DNA from: Anolis carolinensis
Taxonomy: Eukaryota
Assembly: GCF_035594765.1 (NCBI RefSeq)
Contig: NW_026943818.1
Location: 32,361,559-32,425,558 of the forward strand
DNA: 64,000 bases
Direction: 5' to 3'
Within the stretch, counting starts at the first letter, position 1; each line of letters opens with the position of its first letter. The position numbers and the translations under genes were made by a program. Below the pieces are notes generated by a model, which saw only the letters and a list, made by a program, of their open reading frames with translations, had not been told where the DNA came from and did not search any database. Positions 11,590 to 24,714 of the stretch are shown one piece after another.

Positions 11590-14500
11590 AGATGTAATAT
11601 AATAATACTATATTATATACAATTATTATATTAGTATTATATTGATCAAGACTCAATATCATGTATCTCAAGCTTCAAGCAACAGCATAATTGTATTATA
11701 GATGTAATATAATAATACTATATTATATACAATTATTATATTAGTATTATATTGATCAGGACTCAATATCATGTATCTCAAGCTTCAAGCAACAGCATAA
11801 TTGTATTATAGATGTAATATAATAATACTATATTATATATTATTATATTAGTATTATATTGATCAGGACTCAATATCATGTATCTCAAGCTTCAAGCAAC
11901 AGCATAATTGTATTATAGATGTAATATAATAATACTATATTATATATTATTATATTAGTATTATATTGATCGGGACTCAATATCATGTATCTCAAGCTTC
12001 AAGCAACAGCATAATTGTATTATAGATGTAATATAATAATACTATATTATATACAATTATTATATTAGTATTATATTGATCGGGACTCAATATCATGTAT
12101 CTCAAGCTTCAAGCAAAAGCATAATTGTATTATAGATGTAATATAATAATACTATATTATATACAATTATTATATTAGTATTATATTGATCAGGACTCAA
12201 TATCATGTATCTCAAGCTTCAAGCAAAAACATAATTGTATTATAGATGTAATATAATAATACTATATTATATACAATTATTATATTAGTATTATATTGAT
12301 CAGGACTCAATATCATGTATCTCAAGCTTCAAGCAACAGCATAATTATATTATAGATGTAATATAATAATACTATATTATATACAATTATTATGTTAGTA
12401 TTATATTGATCAGGACTCAATATCATGTATCTCAAGCTTCAAGCAACAGCATAATTGTATTATAGATGTAATATAATAATACTATATTATATACAATTAT
12501 TATATTAGTATTATATTGATCGGGACTCAATATCATGTATCTCAAGCTTCAAGCAACAGCATAATTGTATTATAGATGTAATATAATAATACTATATTAT
12601 ATACAATTATTATATTAGTATTATATTGATCGGGACTCAATATCATGTATCTCAAGCTTCAAGCAACAGCATAATTGTATTATAGATGTAATATAATAAT
12701 ACTATATTATATACAATTATTATCTTAGTATTATATTGATCAGGACTCAATATCATGTATCTCAAGCTTCAAGCAAAAGCATAATTGTATTATAGATGTA
12801 ATATAATAATACTATATTATATACAATTATTATATTAGTATTATATTGATCAGGACTCAATATCATGTATCTCAAGCTTCAAGCAACAGCATAATTGTAT
12901 TATAGATGTAATATAATAATACTATATTATATATTATTATATTAGTATTATATTGATCGGGACTCAATATCATGTATCTCAAGCTTCAAGCAAAAGCATA
13001 ATTGTATTATAGATGTAATATAATAATACTATATTATATATTATTATATTAGTATTATATTGATCGGGTCTCAATATCATGTATCTCAAGCTTCAAGCAA
13101 AAGCATAATTGTATTATAGATGTAATATAATAATACTATATTATATACAATTATTATATTAGTATTATATTGATCAGGACTCAATATCATGTATCTCAAG
13201 CTTCAAGCAACAGCATAATTGTATTATAGATGTAATATAATAATACTATATTATATATTATTATATTAGTATTATATTGATCGGGACTCAATATCATGTA
13301 TCTCAAGCTTCAAGCAAAAGCATAATTGTATTATAGATGTAATATAATAATACTATATTATATATTATTATATTAGTATTATATTGATCGGGTCTCAATA
13401 TCATGTATCTCAAGCTTCAAGCAAAAGCATAATTGTATTATAGATGTAATATAATAATACTATATTATATACAATTATTATATTAGTATTATATTGATCA
13501 GGACTCAATATCATGTATCTCAAGCTTCAAGCAACAGCATAATTGTATATAGATGTAATATAATAATACTATATCATATATTATATATTAGTATTATATT
13601 GATCGGGTCTCAATATCATGTATCTCAAGCTTCAAGCAAAAGCATAATTGTATTATAGATGTAATATAATAATACTATATTATATACAATTATTATATTA
13701 GTATTATATTGATCAGGACTCAATATCATGTATCTCAAGCTTCAAGCAAAAACATAATTGTATTATAGATGTAATATAATAATACTATATTATATACAAT
13801 TATTATATTAGTATTATATTGATCAGGACTCAATATCATGTATCTCAAGCTTCAAGCAACAGCATAATTATATTATAGATGTAATATAATAATACCTTAT
13901 TATATACAATTATTATGTTAGTATTATATTGATCAGGACTCAATATCATGTATCTCAAGCTTCAAGCAACAGCATAATTGTATTATAGATGTAATATAAT
14001 AATACTATATTATATACAATTATTATATTAGTATTATATTGATCAGGACTCAATATCATGTATCTCAAGCTTCAAGCAAAAGCATAATTATATTATAGAT
14101 GTAATATAATAATACTATATTATATACAATTATTATATTAGTATTATATTGATCGGGGACTCAATATCATGTATCTCAAGCTTCAAGCAAAAGCATAATT
14201 GTATTATAGATGTAATATAATAATACTATATTATATACAATTATTATATTAGTATTATATTGATCAAGACTCAATATCATGTATCTCAAGCTTCAAGCAA
14301 AAGCATAATTATATTATAGATGTAATATAATAATACAATATTATATGTATAATTATTATATTAGTATTATATTTATCAGGACCCAATATCATTATATCTC
14401 ACCTCAAGCTGCAGCCAAAGGCATATGTATTGTATTATAGATGTAATATAATAATACTATATTATATACAGTTATTATATTAGTATTATATCGATCGGGA

Positions 14501-14644
14501 CCCAATATCATTGTTTCTCATCTCAAACTGCAAGCAAAAGCATATATTATTATACATATATATATATATATATATATTGTATTATACATGTAATATAATA
14601 GTACTATATTATATATAATTATATTAGTATTATATATATTATAG

Positions 14645-14700
<56 letters not shown>

Positions 14701-15100
14701 TAGTTATATTACTCATAATACCATATTATATACAATTATTATATTAGTATTATATCGATCGGGACCCAATATCATTGTATCTCATCTCTAGCTTCAAGCA
14801 AAAGCATATATTATTATACAATATATATATATTGTATTATGGATGTAATATACTATATTATATACAATTATTATATTAGTATTTATTATATCGATCGGGA
14901 CCCAATATGATTGTATCTCACCTCAAGCTGCAAGCAAAAGCATATTATGCATATATGTATAATTATAAATGTAATATAATAATACTATATTATAGTATTA
15001 TTAATTATATTATTAATACTATATTATACATCATATTAGTATTATATTTATTATGATTGTATCTCACCTCAAGCTGCAAGCAAAAGTATATATATATAAT
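11590..15100. repeat. 110-bp AT-rich satellite (AAGCTT in each unit)
   Basis: GATGTAATAT recurs at 11591, 11701, 11811...; about 25 near-identical copies to about 14400, then degenerate. Confidence 0.92.
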
Positions 15101-15744
15101 TGTATTATACATGTAATATAATAATACTATATTATATATAATTATCATATTAGTATTATATATATATATGTATTAAATATTATAGTATCATTAATTATAT
15201 TATGTTATATATATATTATAGTATTAATTATATTGTATATATTATATATAGTATTATTTATATATGTTATATATGTATTAGTATTATTAATTATATTATA
15301 TATATTACAGTATAGTATTATAGTTTAGCCCCATGTAAGCCGCCCCGAGTCCCTTCGGGGAGATGGGATGGAGTATAAGAATAAAAAAAAAAATTATTAT
15401 TATTATTATATTAATACTATATTAAATATATTTATTATATTCAAAATATATTATCTAGACATCTATCTATCTATACACATAATAAAAGTGAAAATATATA
15501 TGTGTGTGTATGTGGCTGGGGTGTCCAATTCCACAGATAATTAGATAACGCCTAGTAAATAATAAAATAAGAAGGCCGTATATATTGGAAACAACTTGAA
15601 GACGCCCATCAACAGAATCATGTCAACCTATGTTCCCAAAAAGACAAGACGAGCCACATAAAAAGCTATCAATTAACTTAAGTCGTTTATTGGTTATTTA
15701 CCTCCGTTCGCCACCTCTGTAAACTCATAGCAGTACAAAAATAT

Positions 15745-15750
15745 TTTATT
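15745..15750 (-). terminator. Candidate KXD1 polyadenylation signal
   Basis: AATAAA on - strand; a second one at 15686-15691. Confidence 0.5.
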
Positions 15751-16159
15751 TGAATTAGAATGCATTTTGGAGAGATGACAGTGGACGAGGGAGAGACAAG
15801 TAGTTTGTACCACAGTCTGGCAAGGGAGATGAAAATGTGAAGACAAGAGAGGGGTCTAAAACAGAACACGGGCACACAGAGTAAACAAAGGCATTGAAGA
15901 CGGTCGGGACAGAGTTGGAAACGTGACACACGACAGCGCAGGCAAATGCAACGGGGAGAAAATCCTTCAGGTAGTTATTATAAGGTGCATTTGTTAGGAG
16001 AGAGAGAGCCAGGGATGGAGGAAAGGATGCAGACGTAAACAAATCGCAGCTCACAACTGTTAGGAAGACGACGGGCGGACTCGTGCAGAAAGCGGCGTCT
16101 CCGTATCTCCCGGAAACATTTGACCCGGACGACGCGGAAATATGGACTGAAAATAAATG

Positions 16160-17439
16160 GCTAGAGAGTTTCCCTCCTAGTCCGTCTCGTTGTTTTTGTC
16201 CCAGAGAGTCTCCCTCCTAGTCCGTCTCGTTGTCGTCCGTGAATGGCTAGAGAGTCTCCCTCCTAGTCCGTCTCGTTGTCGTCTGTGAATGGCTAGAGAG
16301 TCTCCCTCCTAGTCCGTCTCGTTGTTGTCGTCCGTGAATGGCTAGAGAGTCTCCCTCCTAGTCCGTCTCGTTGTTGTCGTCCGTGAATGGCTAGAGAGTC
16401 TCCCTCCTAGTCCGTCTCGTTGTTTTTGTCCCAGAGAGTCTCCCTCCTAGTCCGTCTCGTTGTTGTCGTCCGTGAATGGCTAGAGAGTCTCCCTCCTAGT
16501 CCGTCTCGTTGTTTTTGTCCCAGAGAGTCTCCCTCCTAGTCCGTCTCGTTGTTGTCGTCCGTGAATGGCTAGAGAGTCTCCCTCCTAGTCCGTCTCGTTG
16601 TTTTTGTCCCAGAGAGTCTCCCTCCTAGTCCGTCTCGTTGTTGTCGTCCGTGAATGGCTAGAGAGTCTCCCTCCTAGTCCGTCTCGTTGTTTTTGTCCCA
16701 GAGAGTCTCCCTCCTAGTCCGTCTCGTTGTCGTCCGTGAATGGCTAGAGAGTCTCCCTCCTAGTCCGTCTCGTTGTTTTTGTCCCAGAGAGTCTCCCTCC
16801 TAGTCCGTCTCGTTGTTGTCATCCGTGAATGGCTAGAGAGTCTCCCTCCTAGTCCGTCTCGTTGTTTTTGTCCCAGAGAGTCTCCCTCCTAGTCCGTCTC
16901 GTTGTTGTCGTCCGTGAATGGCTAGAGAGTCTCCCTCCTAGTCCGTCTCGTTGTTTTTGTCCCAGAGAGTCTCCCTCCTAGTCCGTCTCGTTGTTGTCGT
17001 CCGTGAATGGCTAGAGAGTCTCCCTCCTAGTCCGTCTCGTTGTTTTTGTCCCAGAGAGTCTCCCTCCTAGTCCGTCTCGTTGTCGTCCGTGAATGGCTAG
17101 AGAGTCTCCCTCCTAGTCCGTCTCGTTGTTTTTGTCCCAGAGAGTCTCCCTCCTAGTCCGTCTCGTTGTTGTCATCCGTGAATGGCTAGAGAGTCTCCCT
17201 CCTAGTCCGTCTCGTTGTTTTTGTCCCAGAGAGTCTCCCTCCTAGTCCGTCTCGTTGTCGTCCGTGAATGGTTAGAGAGTCTCCCTCCTAGTCCGTCTCG
17301 TTGTTTTTGTCCCAGAGAGTCTCCCTCCTAGTCCGTCTCGTTGTTGTCATCCGTGAATGGCTAGAGAGTCTCCCTCCTAGTCCGTCTCGTTGTTGTCGTC
17401 CCTGACGCTCTAACTGTTGACGGCCAGGGAGCCTCCGTC
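16160..17439 (-). repeat. Minisatellite made of KXD1 terminal codons plus stop, in the 3' UTR
   Basis: About 28 copies of AACGAGACGGACTAG (NETD*) in 40-bp and 46/49-bp units. Confidence 0.92.
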
Positions 17440-17672
17440 CTAGTCCGTCTCGTTGTCGTCGTCCGTGACGCTCTGACCGTTGACGGCCGGAGAGTCGTAC
17501 GGGCCCTGGGACAGGTCCTCGAAGTCGTGGCTGGTGGCGGGGGAGATGATGTCCGGGCTGGTGTCGCAAGACTCCGTGCTCTGCTCCGAGGTAGCGATGG
17601 TGGTGGCGGTGCTCTTGGGGACCGGGGTGAAGTCGTCGTCGTCGTCGTCCAGGATGGGGGATTCGTGAATAT
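17440..17672 (-). CDS. KXD1: KXD1 last coding exon
   Basis: CCCAG|AT; [11 protein letters not shown]...[17 protein letters not shown]...NETD TAG. Confidence 0.93.
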
Positions 17673-20600
17673 CTGGGACGGAAACAACAAAGAGGCATAG
17701 CGGAGTCAACACTGGAGGAACTACAGGTTCTCATTCATGAAATTAGCTTAGACTTGTCCCGGAGGATTTAGGAATTAACAACTTCCTTAAACACATCTAC
17801 TAAAATCGGTCTTCCGGACGGAGGGAGTGACAGGTAGATTAATTAGGCGTTCGGAGAGAGGTGTGTGAGGTATGATTTGATGGCTTCCTGGTCGGGCTTG
17901 GGTTTCAATTAAGTGAAACCATGCTGAGATGTGATCTCGGAGGGACAACTGAATTATTTCCTGTGATCCCTGGGGGTAAAAAATGGGAGTGACAGGTACA
18001 GTAGAGTCTCACTTATCCAAGCTAAACGGGCCGGCAGAAGCGAATGTCTTGGATAAAAAGGAGGGGTTAAGGAAAAGCCTATTAAACATCAAATTAGGTT
18101 ATGATTTTACAAATTAAGCACCAAAACATCACGTTATACAACAAATTTGACAGAAAAAGCAGTTCAATACGCAGGAATGTTATGTTGCAATTACTGTATT
18201 TACGAATTTAGCACCAAAATGTCACGATATATTGTGTAGCACCTTAATCTTCCTTCTTGTTTACAAGTTCCACTCAGTGCACTTTGCCCAGCTCATTTTA
18301 TGTTTTTATTGCTGTGTTTTTCATGTGTTTTATAATGATTGTGATTTTTAATGCCTTTTAAATTTATTTGTGTGTTTTTGCAAAACTGTATACTGTATGC
18401 TGGTTTTATATCTGTAAGCCGCCCCGAGTCCCTCTGGGGAGATGGTGGCGGGGTACAAGAATAAAGTTATTATTATTATTATTATTATATTATATATTGA
18501 AAACATTGACTACAAAAATGACTTGGATAATCCAGAGGCTTGGATAAGCGAGGCTTGGATAAGTGAGACTTTGGTCTATCTCTTTCTCACGAATTCTGTC
18601 CGATTTTCTGCACCTGAATCCTTCCCCCCTCAGTTTTTGGAAACACCCCTGAGTCCCTTTGGGGAGACAGAGCGGTATACAAATAATTATTTATTTGAGA
18701 GAAGGCAAGTTCAGATGGAGTTTTACTCACTGCTAAATGCATCCGGGTACTGTTTGGCCAGCTTCCCTTTCAGTGTCCTGCAAAGAACGAGAAGCTTAGC
18801 ATGAACCCATGATTCTCAGGAAGGCAACATGGGTTACTAAACATCCCAGAGTCAACAGAAAGATTAATGGCGCTGGGGAGGGTAGGAAAGGTGTGTGTTG
18901 CGTACCTGATTCTCCGGAAGATGCTGTCCAGGTCCTTCTTCATCTCCACCAACGTCCGAGTGTGGTGCAAGAAGCGCTCGTTCATCTGCTGCATGCGGAC
19001 GGCGGAGAGGTTGTTGAAGTTGAGCAGCATCTCGTTGGTTTTCTCGAAGCGGTCGAGCCTGGGAAAGCGGGTTGAACGACATTAGGAGTTTTCCTGAGAT
19101 TTCAGATTAGGTCTCCGGACGGAGGGAGTGAACGATTAATTCGGAGTTTTCCTGAGATTTCAGATTAGGTCTCCGGACGGACGGAGTGAACGATTAATTA
19201 GGAGTTTTCCTGAGATTTCAGATTAGGTCTCAGGACGGAGGGAGTGAACGATTAATTCAGAGTTCGGAGTTTTCCTGAGATTTCAGATTAGGTCTCCGGA
19301 CGGAGGGAGTGAACGATTAATTAGGAGTTTTCCTGAGATTTCAGATTAGGTCTCGGGACGGAGGGAGTGAACGATTAATTCGGAGTTTTCCTGAGATTTC
19401 AGATTAGGTCTCAGGACGGAGGTTGTGAACGATTAATTCGGAGTTTTCCTGAGATTTCAGATTAGGTCTCCGGACGGAGGGAGTGAACGATTAATTTGGA
19501 GTTTTCCTGAGATTTCAGATTAGGTCTCGGGACGGAGGGAGTGAACGATTAATTCGGAGTTTTCCTGAGATTTCAGATTAGGTCTCCGGACGGAGGGAGT
19601 GAACGATTAATTAGGAGTTTTCCTGAGATTTCAGATTAGGTCTCCGGACGGAGGGAGTGAACGATTAATTTGGAGTTTTCCTGAGATTTCAGATTAGGTC
19701 TCCGGACGGAGGGAGTGAACGATTAATTTGGAGTTTTCCTGAGATTTCAGATTAGGTCTCCGGACGGAGGGAGTGAACGATTAATTAGGAGTTTTCCTGA
19801 GATTTCAGATTAGGTCTCAGGACGGAGGTTGTGAACGATTAATTCGGAGTTTTCCTGAGATTTCAGATTAGGTCTCCGGACGGAGGGAGTGAACGATTAA
19901 TTAGGAGTTTTCCTGAGATTTCAGATTAGGTCTCAGGACGGAGGGAGTGAACGATTAATTCGGAGTTCGGAGTTTTCCTGAGATTTCAGATTAGGTCTCA
20001 GGACAGCGGGAGTGAACGATTAATTCCGAGTTCGGAGTTTTCCTGAGATTTCAGATTAGGTCTCCGGACAGAGGGAGTGAACGATTAATTCCGAGGTCGG
20101 AGTTTTCCTGAGATTTCAGATTAGGTCTCGGGACGGAGGGAGTGAACGATTAATTCGGAGTTTTCCTGAGATTTCAGATTAGGTCTCAGGGCGGAGGGAG
20201 TGAACGATTAATTCGGAGTTTGGAGTTTTCCTGAGATTTCAGATTAGGTCTCAGGACGGAGGGAGTGAACGATTAATTTGGAGTTTGGAGTTTTCCTGAG
20301 ATTTCAGATTAGGTCTCAGGACGGAGGGAGTGAACGATTAAATCGGAGTTCGGAGTTTTCCTGAGATTTCAGATTAGGTCTCAGGACGGAGGGAGTGAAC
20401 GATTAATTTGGAGTTTGGAGTTTTCCTGAGATTTCAGATTAGGTCTCAGGACGGAGGGAGTGAACGATTAAATCGGAGTTCGGAGTTTTCCTGAGATTTC
20501 AGATTAGGTCTCAGGACGGAGGGAGTGAACGATTAATTAGTTCTCTAGCTCTCAAGTTTGGGGACGTGCCGCAAAGAAGCCTTACATGTTTTTCTGTGCG

Positions 20601-20680
20601 AGGATGATGGCGTTGACATCCTCCGAGTTGACCATGCTGAGCACCCGGCTGCAGAAGACGCCCGAGGCCGAGGGCTCCAT
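17440..20680 (-). CDS. KXD1: KxDL motif-containing protein 1 (BORC subunit), complete, 175 aa
   Basis: Exons 20680-20586, 19058-18906, 18777-18731, 17672-17440 total 528 nt in frame: [50 protein letters not shown]...[29 protein letters not shown]...TDDDNETD*; KxDL motif (KKDL) present. Confidence 0.96.
17999..18570. mobile_element. Tc1/mariner MITE interrupted by an L2-like LINE 3' fragment (about 18235-18490)
   Basis: MITE halves flank an insert ending TGTAAGCCGCCCCGAGTCCC...(TTA)n, with ATATATTG duplicated on both sides. Confidence 0.75.
18731..18777 (-). CDS. KXD1: KXD1 coding exon 3
   Basis: 47 nt; [15 protein letters not shown]; TGCAG|G...A|GTGAGT. Confidence 0.92.
18906..19058 (-). 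CDS. KXD1: KXD1 coding exon 2
   Basis: 153 nt; CCCAG|G...AG|GTACG. Confidence 0.94.
19075..20540. repeat. 58-bp minisatellite filling a KXD1 intron
   Basis: Unit GGAGTTTTCCTGAGATTTCAGATTAGGTCTCCGGACGGAGGGAGTGAACGATTAATT(CG/AG), about 24 copies. Confidence 0.92.
20586..20680 (-). CDS. KXD1: KXD1 first coding exon
   Basis: Acceptor TTTTCCGCCAG| (exon starts 20699); ATG 20680; donor AT|GTAAG. Confidence 0.93.
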
Positions 20681-21132
20681 GGTCCAAGGGGCGCGCGATC
20701 TGGCGGAAAAACGGCACAACGATAGAGCCTTGGGTCGAAATACCAGCAAAATCCCACAAAGCATTTACTGTAATATGATAAGTATTAAAAGTATTATAAT
20801 ACTAAAGATAATAATTATTAATAAGAAAATATAATAAAATATTAATAATAAATATAATATAATTAATAATGAATATAATACAATAATGTAATAAAATTAT
20901 TAATAGAATAGATTAATATAAAACAATATAAAATTAATAATACATACTGTATAATATAATAATATAAAATATAATAATATAATAAAATTAATAATACATA
21001 TAATAATATAATATAATTAAATTATTAATAATAAATTTAATACAATAATACAATTATTAATAAAGAATGTAATAATATAATAAAACAATATAAAATTAAT
21101 AATAAAGATATTATAATAATATAAAATATAAT

Positions 21133-21428
21133 ACACTTATCCAAGCCTTGCTTATCCAAGCCATTTTTGTTGTCAATGTTTTCAATATATCATGATACTT
21201 TGGTGCTAAATTCGTAAATACAGTATTTACAGCATAACATTACTGCGTATTGAACTACTTTTTCTGTCAAATTTGTTGTATAACATGATGTTTTGGTGCT
21301 TCATTTGTAAAATCATAACCTAATTTGATGTTTAATAGGCTTTCCCTTAATCCCTCTTTATTATCCAACATATTCACTTATCCAACGTTCTGCTGGCCCG
21401 TTTATGTCGGATAAGTGAGACTCTACTG
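21133..21428. mobile_element. Tc1/mariner MITE, one end truncated
   Basis: Same internal sequence and right TIR. Confidence 0.8.
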
Positions 21429-22524
21429 TATAATGTATTAATAAGAAATATAGTATAATAATATATAATAATAAAATAAAATTATTAATAATACACATAA
21501 TAGTAATAAAATAAGATAGAACAATATAATGTATTAATAATAAATATATATATAATATAATAAAATAATTATCGATAAATATAGTAATAAAATAAAATAT
21601 AATAATATAATTATTAGTAATAAAATAAGATATAATAATATAATATATTAATAATAAATATATATAATAATATAAAATAATTATCGATAAATATAGTAAT
21701 AAAATAAAATATAATTATATAATTATTAGTAATAAAATAAGATATAATAATATAATGTATTAATAATAAATATATATAATAATATAAAATAATTATCAAT
21801 AAATATAGTAATAAAATAAAATATAATAATATAATTATTAGTAATAAAATAAGATATAATAATATAATGTATTAATAATAAATATATATATAATAATATA
21901 AAATAATTATCGATAAATATAGTAATAAAATATAATATAATAATATAATTATTTGTAATAAAATAAGATATAATAATATAATGTATTAATAATAAATATA
22001 TATATAATAAAATAAAATAATTATCGATAAATATAGTAATAAAATAAAATATAATAATATAATTATTTGTAATAAAATAAGATATAATAATATAATGTAT
22101 TAATAATAAATATATATATATAATATAAAATAATTATCGATAAATATAGTAATAAAATAAAATATAATAATATAATTATTTGTAATAAAATAAGATATAA
22201 TAATATAATTATTATTAATAAATATATATATAATAATATAAAATAATTATCGATAAATATAGTAATAAAATAAAATATAATAATATAATTATTAATAATA
22301 AATATAATAATACAAAATAAATATAATAAATACAGAGGAGTGCTTTGATTGTGCTTTTCCTGCATGACAGGATGGGGTTGGACTAGATGTCCCAACTCTA
22401 TCCCAGACCCTTCCCAAGCCCCGCCCCCTTTCCCCAAGCCCCGCCCCTTTTAGGCTTTTCATCGGGCTAGGCCCCGCCCACTGGCTGTATCCCAACGGTC
22501 GTTTTGGCCCCGCCCCCTCCGCAC

Positions 22525-22670
22525 CTGAAGGGAGCTCCGAGGCCGAAGGTTCACATCCCGGACGCCGGCGAGGCCTCGGTCGAGACGGAGAGAGAGAGAG
22601 AAAGAGAGAGAGGCGGCGCGGCCTCGGCTCCGTCCCAACCGCCTCACAAACGGCCCACTTCCGGGTAAGG
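22525..22670 (-). other. KXD1: Putative KXD1 non-coding exon 1
   Basis: CpG island; donor CTTCAG|GTGCGG at 22525/22524; ETS motif CCGGAAGT near 22660; TSS not determinable from sequence. Confidence 0.55.
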
Positions 22671-24320
22671 CGGGGCGACGCGCTTGGACGTCGCCTTCTG
22701 CGTCGCCGTACGTGCCGTGCGTGGTTGCCCTTAGCAACGTCCGTCCCACCGCCTCCTTTCGATTGGTGGAGAGGGAAGAGGGCTAAGCCCCGCCCCCTCG
22801 CTGTGTTATGTGAATGTCACTGGCTCCGCCCACGCCTCGTTTTGATTGGTGGAGAGGGAAGAGCACTAAGCCCCGCCCTCTCGCTGTGATATGGCTCCGC
22901 CCCCGCCTCGTTTGGATTAGTCGAAAGGAAAGAGAACTAAGCCCCGCCCCCTCACTGTGTTATGTGAAAGTCACTGGCTCCGCCTCCATCTCGTTTTGAT
23001 TGGTGGAGAGGGAAGAGCACTAAGCCCCGCCCTCTCGCTGTGATATGGCTCCGCCCCCGCCTCGTTTGGATTAGTCGAAAGGAAAGAGAACTAAGCCCCG
23101 CCCCCTCGCTTTGTTATAGGCAGGGCTCTGGCTCCGCCTCTGCCTTGTTTTGATTGGTGGAGAGGGAAGAGAACTAAGCCCCGCCCCCTCGCTGTGTTAT
23201 GTGAAAGTCACTGGCTCCGCCTCCATCTCGTTTTGATTGGTGGAGAGGGAAGAGAACTAAGCCCCGCCCCCTCGCTGTGTTATGTGAAAGTCACTGGCTC
23301 CGCCTCCATCTCGTTTTGATTGGTGGAAAGGGAAGAGAACTAAGCCCCGCCCCCTCGCTGTGTTATGTGAAAGTCACTGGCTCCGCCTCCATCTCGTTTT
23401 GATTGGTGGAAAGGGAAGAGAACTAAGCCCCGCCCCCTCGCTGTGTTATGTGAAAGTCACTGGCTCCGCCTCCATCTCGTTTTGATTGGTGGAGAGGGAA
23501 GAGAACTAAGCCCCGCCCCCTCGCTGTGTTATGTGAAAGTCACTGGCTCCGCCTCCATCTCGTTTTGATTGGTGGAGAGGGAAGAGAACTAAGCTCCGCC
23601 CCCTCGCTGTGTTATGTGAAAGTCACTGGCTCCGCCTCCATCTCGTTTTGATTGGTGGAGAGGGAAGAGAACTAAGCCCCGCCCCCTCGCTGTGTTATGT
23701 GAAAGTCACTGGCTCCGCCTCCATCTCGTTTTGATTGGTGGAGAGGGAAGAGAACTAAGCTCCGCCCCCTCGCTGTGTTATGTGAAAGTCACTGGCTCCG
23801 CCTCCATCTCGTTTTGATTGGTGGAGAGGGAAGAGAACTAAGCTCCGCCCCCTCGCTGTGTTATGTGAAAGTCACTGGCTCCGCCTCCATCTCGTTTTGA
23901 TTGGTGGAGAGGGAAGAGAACTAAGCCCCGCCCCCTCGCTGTGTTATGTGAAAGTCACTGGCTCCGCCTCCATCTCGTTTTGATTGGTGGAGAGGGAAGA
24001 GAACTAAGCCCCGCCCCCTCGCTGTGTTATGTGAAAGTCACTGGCTCCGCCTCTGCCTTGTTATGATTGGTGGAGAGGGAAGAGAACTAAGCCCCGCCCC
24101 CTGAAAGGACGCAAAGGGTGACGGGAAGTGTAGTCTTCCAAGGCACGAGCAGGAAGCGGGTGGTAAATACAGCGCCTGTCCCTTTAAGACGGTTGCGCAA
24201 TGGGGGCGTGCGGAGGTCAGGCTGGAGTGGCGGCTCTCCCAGCCTATCAGCCGCCTCCCCGGCCGTCAGGTGATCTAAAAAAGGGGGCGGAACCCCGGAA
24301 GTGAGCCATTCCTGGGCCCA
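22650..24320. promoter_or_regulatory. KXD1/FKBP8 bidirectional promoter
   Basis: RFX X-box GTTGCC-CTT-AGCAAC 22724-22738; ZNF143/THAP11-type GACTACACTTCCC (- strand) 24123-24135; ETS sites; CCAAT/GC-box array. Confidence 0.8.
22761..24102. repeat. 83-bp tandem array of a CCAAT-box + GC-box module
   Basis: GATTGG recurs at 23152, 23235, 23318, 23401...24065; each unit has CCCCGCCCC (or CTCCGCCCC) and GGCTCCGCC; about 17 units. Confidence 0.93.
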
Positions 24321-24321
24321 G
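24190..24321 (+). other. FKBP8: Putative FKBP8 non-coding exon 1
   Basis: CpG-rich; consensus donor CAG|GTGAGT at 24321/24322 (alternative GAA|GTGAGC at 24301); start approximate. Confidence 0.55.
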
Positions 24322-24714
24322 GTGAGTGTTTTGTAAGCAAAGCGGGGCGGATTTGGGGCGAAGGCCTTGCAACTGGGGTGCCTGGGGTGGGCGGTAAAAG
24401 TGAGTCCCTGCTCTGTGTTGTCTGGGTTGCTGTAAGTTTTTTTTTTTTTCCGGGCTGCTTGGCCATGCCCCAGCATCACTCTCCCCTGACCTTTCGCCTG
24501 CATCTGTGGCAGGCCTCCTCAGAGGTTGGAAACTAGGCAAGTGGGGTTCATTTATATATATATATATATCTGTGGGTGGGAAAAATAACTGGCTGCCTTG
24601 CTTTTAGCATATAATATTGTGCTAATTTATTTATTTATAATGTCAGAAACAATATTACAATAATAATAATGTTATTATATTGTTACTATGTTATAATATT
24701 ATTACATATTGCAT

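Noticed and set aside
9300-16100. UBA52 expected downstream of KXD1
   Set aside because: No ubiquitin (MQIFVK...) or L40 exons seen; region is TEs, satellite and UTR
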